A stretch of 64,000 bases of DNA from Candidatus Marinacidobacterales bacterium (GTDB lineage Bacteria > Acidobacteriota > Vicinamibacteria > Marinacidobacterales > SMYC01): assembly GCA_965224085.1 (NCBI GenBank), contig CBDCYI010000004.1, forward strand, positions 1,760,001 through 1,824,000, written 5' to 3'. Position numbers and translations under genes: made by a program. Below the pieces are notes generated by a model. The model ran no database searches, was not told the origin of the DNA, and saw only the letters and a list, made by a program, of their open reading frames with translations. The stretch's first letter is position 1. The number at the start of each line of letters is the position of its first letter. Shown here one piece after another: positions 1-10,348 of this stretch.

Positions 1-949
1 GTGGCCGTCGGCTACACACTCATAGGCGGCATGTGGTCGGTCACTTTGACCGATGCGTTTCAAATCAGCCTCGTCATGATCGGGCTCGTCGCTCTCGCGT
101 GGACCACGCTCGCGACGCTCGGCGACGGTAGCGTGCTTTCTGGGCTCGTCCGGCTCTGGGCCGACACCCCACCCGAGATGCGCGAGCCCATCCCCATGGG
201 ATCAATTCAGCTTCTTTTCGAGTGGCTTGCCGTTTTCGCCGTGGGCGCTCTCGGGAACATCCCAGGCCAGGATTTGATGCAGCGCATTTTTTTTGGCGCG
301 ATGGGCGCGCACCGCGGTGAAGGCCTGCTATGCCGGCGGGTTTCTCTACATCACCTTCGGCCTCATCCCTGTCACCCTCGGGATCGCGGGGCGCATCCTG
401 ACACCCGACAGCCTGGAGCACGCCATTCTCCCTGCGCTCGCGCTGAGCTTCTTGGAACCGATCCCTGCCGTCTTCTTCACGGTCGTTCTCGCTTCCGCCG
501 TGCTCTCCACGATCGATAGCGCTATCCTCTCCCCAGCCAGCGTTTTGTCGCAGAACGTTCTCGAATATGTGAACCGCGGCTTCTTCTCTTCTCTGACGTT
601 GACGCGGATCGCCGTCGTGATCGTGACCATCGCTAGCCTCGGCTTCGCATTTGCCGGCGAGAGCGCTTACACGCTTCTCGAAGACGCTTACGAGCTTCCT
701 CTAGTCGGTATGTTCGTGCCGCTCGCCATGGGCCTCTACCGTAAGCCGGTTTCGGCGATGCCGGCGATCGCGTCCATGCTCGTCGGGCTCGGGCTCTGGC
801 TCGTTCACTACTTCGCCGACTGGAGCTATTTCTTCGAGCCGTGGACATCGGGCCTTCCGTTGAAGCCTGAAGCGTCTCTCACGATGACTGCGTTCAGTCT
901 ACTCGCCTATCTCGTCACCGAGCTCGCCACGAAAGAAAGGCCGACATGA
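1..949 (+). CDS. Sodium:solute symporter (SSS, choline-transporter-like); 5'-partial, frameshifted
   Basis: YTLIGGMWSVTLTDAFQ and LGNIPGQDLMQRIF in frame 1 continue into SAVLSTIDSAILSPASVLSQN in ORF 293-949. The frame change falls at a T8 run (287-294), so either a real lesion or a homopolymer error. Confidence 0.8.
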
Positions 950-982
950 GCGATCGCGTGTCCTCTGATGCTCAACAATCGC

Positions 983-2188
983 CTAGGGAGCCAGGCTGAC
1001 GGCGGCGGGATCGAGCAGAAAAAGACCTTGCTCGATGCCGCTCACGGCGACGACGCCGCTCGGGAAGAATGGATAAACGCTCCAGGCGCCGTTGAACGTT
1101 CGCGCGTTGTCTAGAGGGTAAATATCGAAGAAACCGGCGGGATTGAGCTTTCCATCCGCGACGCCGTCGAGATTGAACAAGCGGAGCCCCGCGCGGTAGT
1201 TCGCCTGATAGACGAGTCGGCCGCGAACATAGAGATTGTGATCGATCGCGGGATAGGGAGCTTCGTGTATGCCAATGAGCAGCGGACGGTCGAGGTCGGT
1301 CAGATCCCAGACCCTCGTCAGCGTGTTGTGGGCGAAGTCCTGCTCGTCGGCCTCGTCGCCAAGAAGTAGAAACATGTGGTCGTCGCTCGTCCAGCCCTGA
1401 TGCGTATAGCCGACGCCGGGATAGCTCGTGCGTGAGATCGAGCGAGGGGCCGCCTTGTTCGTCACATCGACGATGGTGAGCGTGTCCTCGTTGAACGCGA
1501 AGCAGACTTCGCTGCCTCGGTAGTCGCTATCAGGCCCAACATAAGAGACACACTGCGCGTCGTGCGTATAGCCATCGGCGCTGAAGCACCCGGCGAATTG
1601 CGGCTTCCGCGGCTTGTCAAGGTTGACCATGTGCAGGCCGCCGCGACATGTATTGGACCCCAAAATGTATCCGAATCCCGAGTCCTCGTTGATCGCGATG
1701 TTGTGCGCATTCGACAAAGATTCCGTGTCGTAATGCGCTACCGTCGAGAGCTCGACAGGCGGCACCGCCACTTCGAGAAGCGCCTTGAGGTCGAAGACTT
1801 GCATGCCGTGGCCGGGAGCTTCGGAGACGACGAAAGCGTGGTGTTTGTGGACCTTGACGTCGCGCCAGGAGCTCGACGCCGTTCGCGTGGGGAGCCGTCC
1901 CATATAGATCGGCGCAGTCGGGTTCGTGATCTCGACGAAGGCCGTGCCATTTCTCATCCCGAGGAGCACGAATTCCCGTCCCGTCTCGCCGTCGGTCCAT
2001 CCCCAAAGGTCGTGCGCCTCGACCGCCCCACTTCCCAGTTGCTCGAGCGGCATGAAGGCGAGCAAGTCGACACGGTTGCAGGGAAAGCCGCCCGCTGTGC
2101 CGGCCACACAAGGTTGGGCCCCACTCGTAAGGGACGTCGTGAGCACGATCACGAAGCCGAGCGCCCCGAGTACTGTTGTCGATCGCAT
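983..2188 (-). CDS. Secreted choice-of-anchor B family (LVIVD-repeat) protein
   Basis: Signal peptide, then PCVAGTAGGFPCNRVDL, DLWGWTD, SSWRDVK, YTHDAQC, YTHQGW, GAWSVYPFFPSG. The ATG at 2188 lies 6 nt after a TACAAT -10 box. Confidence 0.85.
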   Translation of the reverse strand: MRSTTVLGALGFVIVLTTSLTSGAQPCVAGTAGGFPCNRVDLLAFMPLEQLGSGAVEAHDLWGWTDGETGREFVLLGMRNGTAFVEITNPTAPIYMGRLPTRTASSSWRDVKVHKHHAFVVSEAPGHGMQVFDLKALLEVAVPPVELSTVAHYDTESLSNAHNIAINEDSGFGYILGSNTCRGGLHMVNLDKPRKPQFAGCFSADGYTHDAQCVSYVGPDSDYRGSEVCFAFNEDTLTIVDVTNKAAPRSISRTSYPGVGYTHQGWTSDDHMFLLLGDEADEQDFAHNTLTRVWDLTDLDRPLLIGIHEAPYPAIDHNLYVRGRLVYQANYRAGLRLFNLDGVADGKLNPAGFFDIYPLDNARTFNGAWSVYPFFPSGVVAVSGIEQGLFLLDPAAVSLAP

Positions 2189-2209
2189 GCTCACATTGTA
2201 GAGGATATT

Positions 2210-2633
2210 TACGGATGAACTGGTGTTTTATAGACCACGCCGCCTTTCATCACGAACTTTAATGAAACCCGATTCGAGCGTGATCTTTGGCATGCGCGAC
2301 GCTGTAGATCGCTTCATAGGCAACCGACTCTTGAAGCTTGTGGGTGTCGCCGCCATCACCAGGCCTCCCCGCTATGTGGACGTGGCAATCGATGAGCCCC
2401 GGCAAGACGGTATAGCTACTGAGATCGATCACGCGCATACCGGACGGAACGGCGACGTTGGCTCCGACCCTTTCGACCTTGCCGTCACGGATGACGATAA
2501 CGGGATTCTCCATCGGCGCGTCGAAGCTCGGATCCACGAGAAGCGACGCGCGCACAGCAACGTCCTGGCAGAAGGCCGGCACCGAGACCACGGCGAGAAC
2601 AGATATGACAAACAACGATCGGATGCGACCCAT
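2210..2633 (-). pseudogene. Amidohydrolase family relic with large internal deletion
   Basis: Signal peptide and VLPGLIDCHVH (HxH metal motif), then ITLESGF in a shifted frame. This is followed at once by the family's C-terminal KFVMKGGVVYK (about 2225-2260); the catalytic barrel is missing. Confidence 0.75.
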
Positions 2634-2665
2634 GATTATCCTCCCCGGTGAGCGAGGCGAGGATG

Positions 2666-3862
2666 CTAGCACAGATCTTCGTCGAGAAAGCCGACGACGT
2701 GCTCAGCGATAGCGAGCGCGCTCGTCGCTGCAGGAGAAGGCGCGTTCAAGACATGGACGACGTCGTCGATGCGCTGGATGCAGAAATCGTCCACGAGGTT
2801 GCCATCGTGCTCGAGGGCCATGGCGCGCACACCCGCGCCGCCCACCTCGAGATCGTCGCCTGTGACTTCCGGGACGAGGCGTTTGAGCGCGCGAACGAAG
2901 GCGACCTTCGAGAGCGATCGATAATACTCGAGAGCCGCCCGAGTCCAATGTTTTCTTGCCATGCGCCAAAAACCAGCGAAACGCAGCATCTCGCCGACAT
3001 CTGTCCAGTCGACGTCCAGCTTGCGATAGCCTTCCCGCGCAAGCGCCAGCACCGCGTTCGGGCCCGCCTCGATCTCACCGTCGACGCGCCGCGTAAAGTG
3101 CACGCCGAGAAAAGGAAATTGTGGGTCGGGCACGGGATAGATGAGGTTTTTGACGAGACAACGCCGCCGCGGCTTCAGGCGATAATACTCGCCCCGGAAA
3201 GGGACGACGAGAAGCTTCTTCGCACCATCCGAAAACTTGGCGACGCGGTCCGCTTGAAGGCCCGCGCAACACACGACGCGTCTCGCTTCCATGTCGCCCG
3301 CGCTCGACACCACGACGGTAGAGCCCGAGCATCGTTCCAGACCGAACACGCGCGCGCTTTTTTGTATCCTCCCGCCGGCGCTTTCGATCCGCTCGCCGAG
3401 TTTTTCGGCGACGTCACGATAGCCGACGATGCCAGTCTCGGGCGAGAGCAACGCCGCAACACCTTTCGCGTGAGGCTCGATCTCCTCGAGCGCATTGCTT
3501 GAGAGAAGCTCGAGCCCGGAGACGCCGTTCGCCAAGCCACGCTCGTAGAGACCGTGAAGGCGCACCCGCTCATTCTCATTGGTAGCGACGATGACTTTGC
3601 CGCAGAGATCGTAAGCAACATCGTTGGCCGCGCAAAACTCCGTGAGCTTGCGGCTGCCTGCGCGGCAGATGCGCGCTTTCAGAGATCCAGGCTCGTAGTA
3701 GATGCCTGAGTGGATGACCCCGCTATTATGTCCCGTCTGATGAGCGGCAAGTGTCTTCTCTTTCTCGAGTAGAACGACCGATGCTTCCGGCTTCTTTTGC
3801 AAAAGCTCGTGGGCCGTTGCCAGACCGACGATTCCTCCGCCCACGACCACAACATCGTACAC
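2666..3862 (-). CDS. lhgO: L-2-hydroxyglutarate oxidase
   Basis: VVVGGGIVGLATA, HQTGHNSGVIHSGIYY, PFRGEYY, IYPVPDP..PFLGVHFT, NAPSPAATS. Confidence 0.9.
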   Translation of the reverse strand: MYDVVVVGGGIVGLATAHELLQKKPEASVVLLEKEKTLAAHQTGHNSGVIHSGIYYEPGSLKARICRAGSRKLTEFCAANDVAYDLCGKVIVATNENERVRLHGLYERGLANGVSGLELLSSNALEEIEPHAKGVAALLSPETGIVGYRDVAEKLGERIESAGGRIQKSARVFGLERCSGSTVVVSSAGDMEARRVVCCAGLQADRVAKFSDGAKKLLVVPFRGEYYRLKPRRRCLVKNLIYPVPDPQFPFLGVHFTRRVDGEIEAGPNAVLALAREGYRKLDVDWTDVGEMLRFAGFWRMARKHWTRAALEYYRSLSKVAFVRALKRLVPEVTGDDLEVGGAGVRAMALEHDGNLVDDFCIQRIDDVVHVLNAPSPAATSALAIAEHVVGFLDEDLC

Positions 3863-4269
3863 AGACCGATTTATGGATCGGAAAGGCGGAAAAGGTCAAT
3901 TCCCGCCTCGTGCCCGAAGCGCCTCTGCTACGCGAACAGTATCGACGAGTTTCTCGATGGCCGCACGCGACCACGTCGCGCTTCGGGTACGGGTAGTGCT
4001 CGAGCTAGCGTAGTAAGAAGAGGGAGTACGATGCAAAGAAGTGAGAGCCGAAGCCTTCGAGCGTGAGCCACCTACTTACCTCCAGTCTCTCTGTTCTCAC
4101 CGCTTCCCTGTTCATGTTGGACGAAGAGTCCGTGTGTAAGTTCGGACTCAAAACTCACTTCGATAATGTTTTTTTTTATCGCTCGACACGACTTCATTCT
4201 ATTGAACGAAAATTCAACGAAATAGTTGAACTTCCGCTAAACTGACGACATGTCAAGTAAGAGCCGTCG

Positions 4270-5352
4270 ATGAGTTCAAAGTGCCGCGTCGTCGCGTTGT
4301 CGCTTCTTCCGCTCGCTCTGTCGGGCTCCTATCTCGCTTTCCAGTTCCCCGCCGTCACCGATGCGCTCTACTCGAAAAGGTTGTACCTGCTCGCCGTGCG
4401 CGGTTTCGCGATGTTCCGACTTTTGCCGTTCTCGTTGGCAGAGCCTCTTTTCGTAGCGCTCGTCCTGCTACTCGTCTACCAGATCTACCGTTCGTCGAGA
4501 GACAAACGACACCGGATCCGACGAGCCGTCGTTGCGATTTGGGTGGGTGCCGGGGCGGTCGCGCTCGCGTTTCTGTTTCTCTGGGGATTCAACTACGCGA
4601 GACCTTCTCTTCAAGACAGGCTAGGCTTGTCGAGAGAGGGAATCGAAGCCAGCGCGGTCCTCGACGCGGGAAGGCGCGCTGCGATGCTCACTTCGGATCT
4701 CTATGAAGAGCTTCTTCCCGTGGCGTCGCCGACTGCCTTACCGTTCGATTTCGAAGAGTTGAACCTTCTGCTCGACGACGCTTACGATCGCCTCGCGCTA
4801 CCTGGGGATGCGCTGTCGTTCCAACCCGCACCGGCGAAGCCGCTCTTAAGCTCTACGTTTTTCTCTTATCTCGGTATCAGCGGGATCTTCATTCCTTTCA
4901 CCGGCGAGCCTTCCGTCAACGCGCTTCAACCCGATGTCGCGCTTCCCATGGTCGTCGCGCATGAAAAAGCGCACCAGCGCGGGATTACCCATGAAGGCGA
5001 AGCGAACTTCGCGGCGTTTCTCGCCTGCGCCCAGGCCGATAACGCGACCTATTTCCGCTACGCCGCCTATCTCTTCGCGACGCGCTATCTCCTAGGCGAA
5101 GCGTCCAACTATCGCCCGCGCGATGAGGTCGACGCAGCATGGGAGCTTTTGAGCAACGGCCCCAAAGACGACATTCGAGCCATCCGAGATTTCTGGCGCC
5201 GCTACGAAGGCCCCGCGGCTGTCGTTGTCACCACGATGAACGATCAATATCTCAGGACGATGCAGGTTCCCGATGGTGCCCAAAGCTACGGCACCGTCGT
5301 GAAGATGCTCTTGGCACTTGACCGGGAAGGGGGGCTTTTCCCGGGGCACTAA
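4270..5352 (+). CDS. DUF3810 family membrane-anchored zincin-like protein
   Basis: N-terminal TM segments, LWGFNYAR, GISGIFIPFTGE, HEKAHQRG (HExxH) and EGEANF. Confidence 0.8.
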   Translation: MSSKCRVVALSLLPLALSGSYLAFQFPAVTDALYSKRLYLLAVRGFAMFRLLPFSLAEPLFVALVLLLVYQIYRSSRDKRHRIRRAVVAIWVGAGAVALAFLFLWGFNYARPSLQDRLGLSREGIEASAVLDAGRRAAMLTSDLYEELLPVASPTALPFDFEELNLLLDDAYDRLALPGDALSFQPAPAKPLLSSTFFSYLGISGIFIPFTGEPSVNALQPDVALPMVVAHEKAHQRGITHEGEANFAAFLACAQADNATYFRYAAYLFATRYLLGEASNYRPRDEVDAAWELLSNGPKDDIRAIRDFWRRYEGPAAVVVTTMNDQYLRTMQVPDGAQSYGTVVKMLLALDREGGLFPGH

Positions 5353-5427
5353 AACGATATAGGAAGAAGGCGAGGGGAAGAAGGCGCAACGAAAAGACTC
5401 TTTGCTTATTCGCGTTGAAAAAAATGG

Positions 5428-6876
5428 CTAGAACGATTCGGCTAGTTCGACGAAGGTCTTGACTCCGAAGCCGGTTGCACCTTCGGGGTAGTACTTCCAT
5501 TTTCGTTCCAGGATGAACGGGCCGGCGATATCTAGATGAGCCCACAGGGCGCCGTCGGGGACGAATTCCTGGAGGAAGAGACCTGCGGTGATAGCGCCTG
5601 CGAATTTGCCGCCGATATTGTTTAGGTCCGCATAGGGCGTTTTTAGAAGCTCACGATATTCCTCGATCAGAGGGAGCTCCCAATAGACTTCACCGTGGCG
5701 CGCGCCCGCATCGATGACGGCCCGCACGAGACCGGGATCGTTTCCCATGATGCCCGCGACCGAAGTTCCGAGCGCGCGGATGACCGCGCCCGTGAGGGTT
5801 GCGGCGTCGACGATATGGGTCGCTTTCTCTTCTCCCGCGCGAGCGAGTGCATCGGTCAGCACTAGGCGTCCTTCCGCATCCGTGTTGTCGACCATCACGG
5901 ATTTTCCGTTTTTGGCGACAAAGATGTCGCCCGGCCTCTGCGCTTTGGGGCCGGGGAAATTCTCCGCGGCAGCGACGATGCCAGTAACGGCCACCTTGGG
6001 CTTCAACTTCGCGATCGCTGCCATGGCGGCGAGCACCGCGGCACCTCCCGCCATGTCGCCCTTCATCGTCCACATGCCTTCGGAAGGCTTGATGGAGATA
6101 CCGCCGGTATCGAACGTGATGCCCTTGCCTACAAGAGCGAGGTGGTGTTTCGATTTTTTCGCCGGCCGGTAACGAAGCACGATGAGACAGGGCGGGTAGA
6201 GGCTTCCCTTCCCCACCGCGACGAGGCCGGTATAGCCCTGCTTTTCGAGCTGTGCGCCCGAGACGATCGTAGCTCGGAGCTTGCCCGCGGTGGCGATCTT
6301 CCGCGCAAATGCTGCGAGTGTCTTGGGGTAGACGCGATCACCAGGCTCGTTGACGAGATCGCGAGCGTGGTTGACCTGCTCGCTCACTACTTTGTAGCGA
6401 GTCAGAACGCGCTCCGCCTTTTTTTGTTCGGCAGGGCGACAAACGAGACTCACCGATGCTTTGCGTCCGCTCTTCTCTTTGCGATATTTGTCGAAGCGAT
6501 AGTCGCCGAGAACGAAGCCCTCCGTAGCGCTTCCCACATAGTCCAAGCCGTTCGCGCCATCGAGGACTAGTGCTAATTTCGAGTGGCCGTAATCCGAAGC
6601 GAAGGCGAGCGCGCGCGTCGCGAAAATCTTTACGCTCTCCTTAAGGTCGTAAACCTTCTCGTGCGTCGACGAGTAAACGACGAGCGTTTTACCGTCGAAG
6701 GTTCTCACAACTTCCCGATGAACCCGATCTTTACGAAAATCTTTGCGCACTTCGGCGAGCGCTTTTCCGAGCGGCGAGCTACCGGTCCCGAACAGTTGCA
6801 CGTCGGGGTCGTCGATCGCGATGACGAGGTCCGCTTTTATCCTTTCGATGCTCTGTGTCGTCAGTGATAGCTTCAT
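5428..6876 (-). CDS. pepA: Leucyl aminopeptidase (M17)
   Basis: VGKGITFDTGG, MKGDMAGGA, NTDAEGRLVL, ATLTGA, WAHLDIAG. Confidence 0.93.
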   Translation of the reverse strand: MKLSLTTQSIERIKADLVIAIDDPDVQLFGTGSSPLGKALAEVRKDFRKDRVHREVVRTFDGKTLVVYSSTHEKVYDLKESVKIFATRALAFASDYGHSKLALVLDGANGLDYVGSATEGFVLGDYRFDKYRKEKSGRKASVSLVCRPAEQKKAERVLTRYKVVSEQVNHARDLVNEPGDRVYPKTLAAFARKIATAGKLRATIVSGAQLEKQGYTGLVAVGKGSLYPPCLIVLRYRPAKKSKHHLALVGKGITFDTGGISIKPSEGMWTMKGDMAGGAAVLAAMAAIAKLKPKVAVTGIVAAAENFPGPKAQRPGDIFVAKNGKSVMVDNTDAEGRLVLTDALARAGEEKATHIVDAATLTGAVIRALGTSVAGIMGNDPGLVRAVIDAGARHGEVYWELPLIEEYRELLKTPYADLNNIGGKFAGAITAGLFLQEFVPDGALWAHLDIAGPFILERKWKYYPEGATGFGVKTFVELAESF

Positions 6877-6882
6877 CGTCTC

Positions 6883-8850
6883 CTACTCCGCTTCATCAGC
6901 GTATTTCTCTTTGAGTTTTTCGATCACCGTCGGGTCCGCGAGCGTCGTCGTATCGCCGAGCGCTTTGCCTTCCGCGATATCGCGCAAAAGCCGCCGCATG
7001 ATCTTGCCGGATCGGGTTTTTGGTAGATCCGCGGTCAGAATGATGTCGTCGGGACGGGCGATGGCCCCGATGCGTTTGACCACGTGCTGTTTCAAATCAT
7101 CCAAGAGGGACGGCGGCGCCGGCCGCCCTTCCTTGAGGGTGACGAAAGCTGCAATCGCCTGGCCCTTGATGTCGTGCGCCCTTCCTACGACCGCGGCTTC
7201 GGCAACATCCGGATAGTCGACGAGCGCGCTTTCGACCTCCATCGTCCCGATTCGATGGCCAGAGACGTTCAAAACGTCGTCGATGCGCCCGAGAATCCAA
7301 AAATAGCCATCGGCATCGCGCTTGGCGCCGTCTCCTGGAAAATAGACCTCGTTCGACCACTTGCTCCAGTAGGTCGAAACGTAGCGCTCCGGATCACCGT
7401 AAATGCCACGGAGCATAGAAGGCCAAGGACCTTTGATGGCGAGAAACCCGCCGCCGACCTCGACCGTGCTCCCCGTGCCCGTTACGATATCCAGCTGGAT
7501 CCCGGGGAACGGCTTCGTCGCCGAGCCCGGCTTGGTATCCGTTACTCCCGGAAGCGGCGTACACATGATCGCGCCGGTCTCGGTCTGCCACCACGTATCC
7601 ACGACGGGACAACGCTCGCCGCCGATGTGCTCGTGGTACCACATCCACGCTTCCGGATTGATGGGCTCGCCCACCGTTCCGAGGAGTCTCAGAGACGACA
7701 AGTCGTGTTTCTCCGGCCACTCCGTGCCCCACTTCATGAAAGCGCGGATGGCCGTGGGCGCCGTATAGAAACACGTCACCCCATATTCCTCGACGATCGA
7801 CCAGAAGCGGTCTTTGTCAGGCCAGTCGGGCGAGCCTTCGTACATCACACCGGTGACGCCGAGAGCGAGTGGCCCATAGACGATATAGCTGTGGCCCGTC
7901 ACCCAGCCGATATCGGCCGCGGCCCACCAAACGTCATCGTCTTTGAGATCGAAGACATATTTAGTCGTGGCCGCGACCTGCGTCAGATAGCCCCCCGTCG
8001 TATGGACGATGCCCTTGGGTTTTCCCGTCGTGCCAGAGGTGTAGAGGATGTAGAGCATGTCCTCCGCATCCATCGGCTCGGGCTCGCAATAGTTGTCGAC
8101 GTCGTCCACGAGAACGTGCCACCAGTGATCGCGTCCCTCTTCGAAGCGGATGTGAAAATCGCCGCGTTTGACGACGACGACGTGCTCGACACTCGGCGCA
8201 CCTTCGACCGCCTCGTCGGCCAATTTCTTCAACGGAACGATGTTTCCGCGGCGGTACCCGCCATTTGCAGTTATCACGAGCTTGGCTTCGGCATCGTTGA
8301 TGCGATCTCGAAGCGAGTCCGCGCTGAAGCCACCGAAAACGACACTATGCACGGCGCCAACACGGGTGCAAGCCAGCATCGCGATCGGAAGCTCGGGGAT
8401 CATCGGAAGATAGATCGCGACCCTATCGCCCTTGCGTACGCCCAGTTTCTTCAGCACATTGGCGAACCGATTGACCTCGCGGTAGAGATCCCAATAGGTG
8501 AGCGTGCGTCGGTCGCCAGGCTCACCCTCCCAGATGAGCGCAGCTTTGTTGCGGCGGGCGGTCGCGACATGACGGTCGATACAGTTGGCGCTCACGTTTA
8601 TCTTTCCGCCAACGAACCACTTCGCGTGAGGAGGATTCCAGGAGAGCACCTCGCTAAAGGGCTCCATCCACTCGAGCTCACCCGCCATCCGGGCCCAGAA
8701 AGCCTCGGAATCCTTGTCCGCTTCGTCGTAGAGCGACACGTCACTCACGTGAGCCTTTTCCCGAAAGGCCTCGGACGGAGAGAACTTCCTACCCTCTTGA
8801 AGCAGAGCGTCAATCTCAATCTCCGCGCTTGCATCCTCGCCGTCACTCAT
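6883..8850 (-). CDS. acs: Acetyl-CoA synthetase
   Basis: [31 protein letters not shown]. The start was trimmed to MSDGEDAS, which follows a GGAGG-like RBS; the ORF-track N-terminal extension is antisense to the rhomboid gene. Confidence 0.95.
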   Translation of the reverse strand: MSDGEDASAEIEIDALLQEGRKFSPSEAFREKAHVSDVSLYDEADKDSEAFWARMAGELEWMEPFSEVLSWNPPHAKWFVGGKINVSANCIDRHVATARRNKAALIWEGEPGDRRTLTYWDLYREVNRFANVLKKLGVRKGDRVAIYLPMIPELPIAMLACTRVGAVHSVVFGGFSADSLRDRINDAEAKLVITANGGYRRGNIVPLKKLADEAVEGAPSVEHVVVVKRGDFHIRFEEGRDHWWHVLVDDVDNYCEPEPMDAEDMLYILYTSGTTGKPKGIVHTTGGYLTQVAATTKYVFDLKDDDVWWAAADIGWVTGHSYIVYGPLALGVTGVMYEGSPDWPDKDRFWSIVEEYGVTCFYTAPTAIRAFMKWGTEWPEKHDLSSLRLLGTVGEPINPEAWMWYHEHIGGERCPVVDTWWQTETGAIMCTPLPGVTDTKPGSATKPFPGIQLDIVTGTGSTVEVGGGFLAIKGPWPSMLRGIYGDPERYVSTYWSKWSNEVYFPGDGAKRDADGYFWILGRIDDVLNVSGHRIGTMEVESALVDYPDVAEAAVVGRAHDIKGQAIAAFVTLKEGRPAPPSLLDDLKQHVVKRIGAIARPDDIILTADLPKTRSGKIMRRLLRDIAEGKALGDTTTLADPTVIEKLKEKYADEAE

Positions 8851-8952
8851 CACAAACCCTCCTTCCACGAAACTCCCATCCGAGATTCTACGACATGTCC
8901 TCCTGTCGGTATACTGGATGTAGTCCCACGAAACCGAGACAGGTGGCCGAAG

Positions 8953-10332
8953 ATGCTGATCCCGCTGACGCATGAGCGCATGACGGTACAACGTCTGCCT
9001 TGGGTCACGATCGGCATCATCGCGATGAACTTCGTCGTCTTTGTTTCTACTTGGCCCACCGCCAAGCAAGACGACGCCCGACGCACCGAAGCCTGGGACG
9101 AGCTCGTCGCCTATGCCGAAGCCCATCCGGGCGTTTGGGAGGACGACTGCGTGCGCTGTCCGGGGCGCGCCGATTTCGACGCCTTGAGCGAGCATTTGCA
9201 GGATGTCGCCTCCGCGCACATTTTTTCTCGATACGGCTACGTCCCGGGAAAGCCTACCCTCCGTGGCCTGTTCGGCTCGATTTTTCTTCACGCAGGCTGG
9301 TCGCACTTGTTGTGGAACATGTACTTTCTGTGGCTCTACGGCTGCAGCATCGAAGATCTTTGGGGGCGCCCACTCTACGCGGTCGTCTATCTCACGGGCG
9401 GCGTGGCCGCCGCGCTCGCCCAAGGCGCCTATGAGCCCAACGCGCTCGGCCCACTCGTAGGCACCTCGGGAGCGATCTCAGCGCTCACTGGTGTCTTCCT
9501 CATACGCTGCTGGGACACGCGCATCCGATTCTTCTGGATGTTCATTATTTTCTTCGGAACGTTTCACGCACCCGCCTGGATCATGTTGGGTTTTTGGATG
9601 ATGAAAGAGCTGTTCAACGCGTTTGTCTATGCGGGCGTCTCGTCGGTGGCATTCTGGGCTCACATTGGCGGCTTCCTGTTCGGCGCCATCGTCGCCTCCG
9701 TTCTCAAGTTGACGCGCGTCGAAGAGAACATCCTTGCACCGGCGCTCGATCGCAAGACCAATCTACTCGGACGCCAGGCGGAGGCTGCCCGCGCGGTCGA
9801 GCTCATGGAGGACGGTGATTATTCGACGGCTACGCGCGCGCTCAAATCGGCCATCCAACAAGCACCACAGGACAGCGATAGCTACCGGCTGCTCGCGCAG
9901 TGCTATCAAGCGCGCGGCCGTCCGCAAGAAGCGACGCGTTGGCTCCGTCAGGAGCTGAAGCTCCACGCCCAAGCGCGGGACGACGTCCTCGTGGCCGAGA
10001 CCTATCAAGAGCTAGTCAATACGGCGCCTGAGCTGTCACTGACGCCGAGAGAACTTTGGAGCGTGGCGACCTCTCTCATGGCGACCGGGAATGAAGGCCT
10101 CGGCGTCCCTCTCTATCATCAGCTGCTCGAGGGCGCGCCGGAACCCATGACGCGCCTGCGAGCCGGTCTCGCACTCGTCGAGCATTATCAGGCCGAGTCG
10201 GACCCGGTACGCGGGCTCGAGATTCTGGACCGCGTCCAGGAGTTCGCCGCGCCGCACGACGAATGGCGCGCGTTCGTCGAGAACAAGCGCACCGCGCTCC
10301 GCGACGCCGCGCCGGCCTTCCTGAGACGGTAG
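8953..10332 (+). CDS. Rhomboid family intramembrane serine protease with C-terminal TPR region
   Basis: [29 protein letters not shown], catalytic GTSG and AHIGG, then helical TPR-like repeats. Divergent from acs. Confidence 0.88.
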   Translation: MLIPLTHERMTVQRLPWVTIGIIAMNFVVFVSTWPTAKQDDARRTEAWDELVAYAEAHPGVWEDDCVRCPGRADFDALSEHLQDVASAHIFSRYGYVPGKPTLRGLFGSIFLHAGWSHLLWNMYFLWLYGCSIEDLWGRPLYAVVYLTGGVAAALAQGAYEPNALGPLVGTSGAISALTGVFLIRCWDTRIRFFWMFIIFFGTFHAPAWIMLGFWMMKELFNAFVYAGVSSVAFWAHIGGFLFGAIVASVLKLTRVEENILAPALDRKTNLLGRQAEAARAVELMEDGDYSTATRALKSAIQQAPQDSDSYRLLAQCYQARGRPQEATRWLRQELKLHAQARDDVLVAETYQELVNTAPELSLTPRELWSVATSLMATGNEGLGVPLYHQLLEGAPEPMTRLRAGLALVEHYQAESDPVRGLEILDRVQEFAAPHDEWRAFVENKRTALRDAAPAFLRR

Positions 10333-10348
10333 AGCTTCTCTCTAGCCC

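Noticed and set aside
287-294. T8 tract as a phase-variation switch
   Set aside because: A single short homopolymer indel cannot be told from sequencing error without reads.
7084-9423. Very long overlapping ORFs (1082 aa plus, 846 aa minus)
   Set aside because: These are antisense shadow extensions of acs and the rhomboid gene in GC-rich DNA; the real starts are 8850 (minus) and 8953 (plus).
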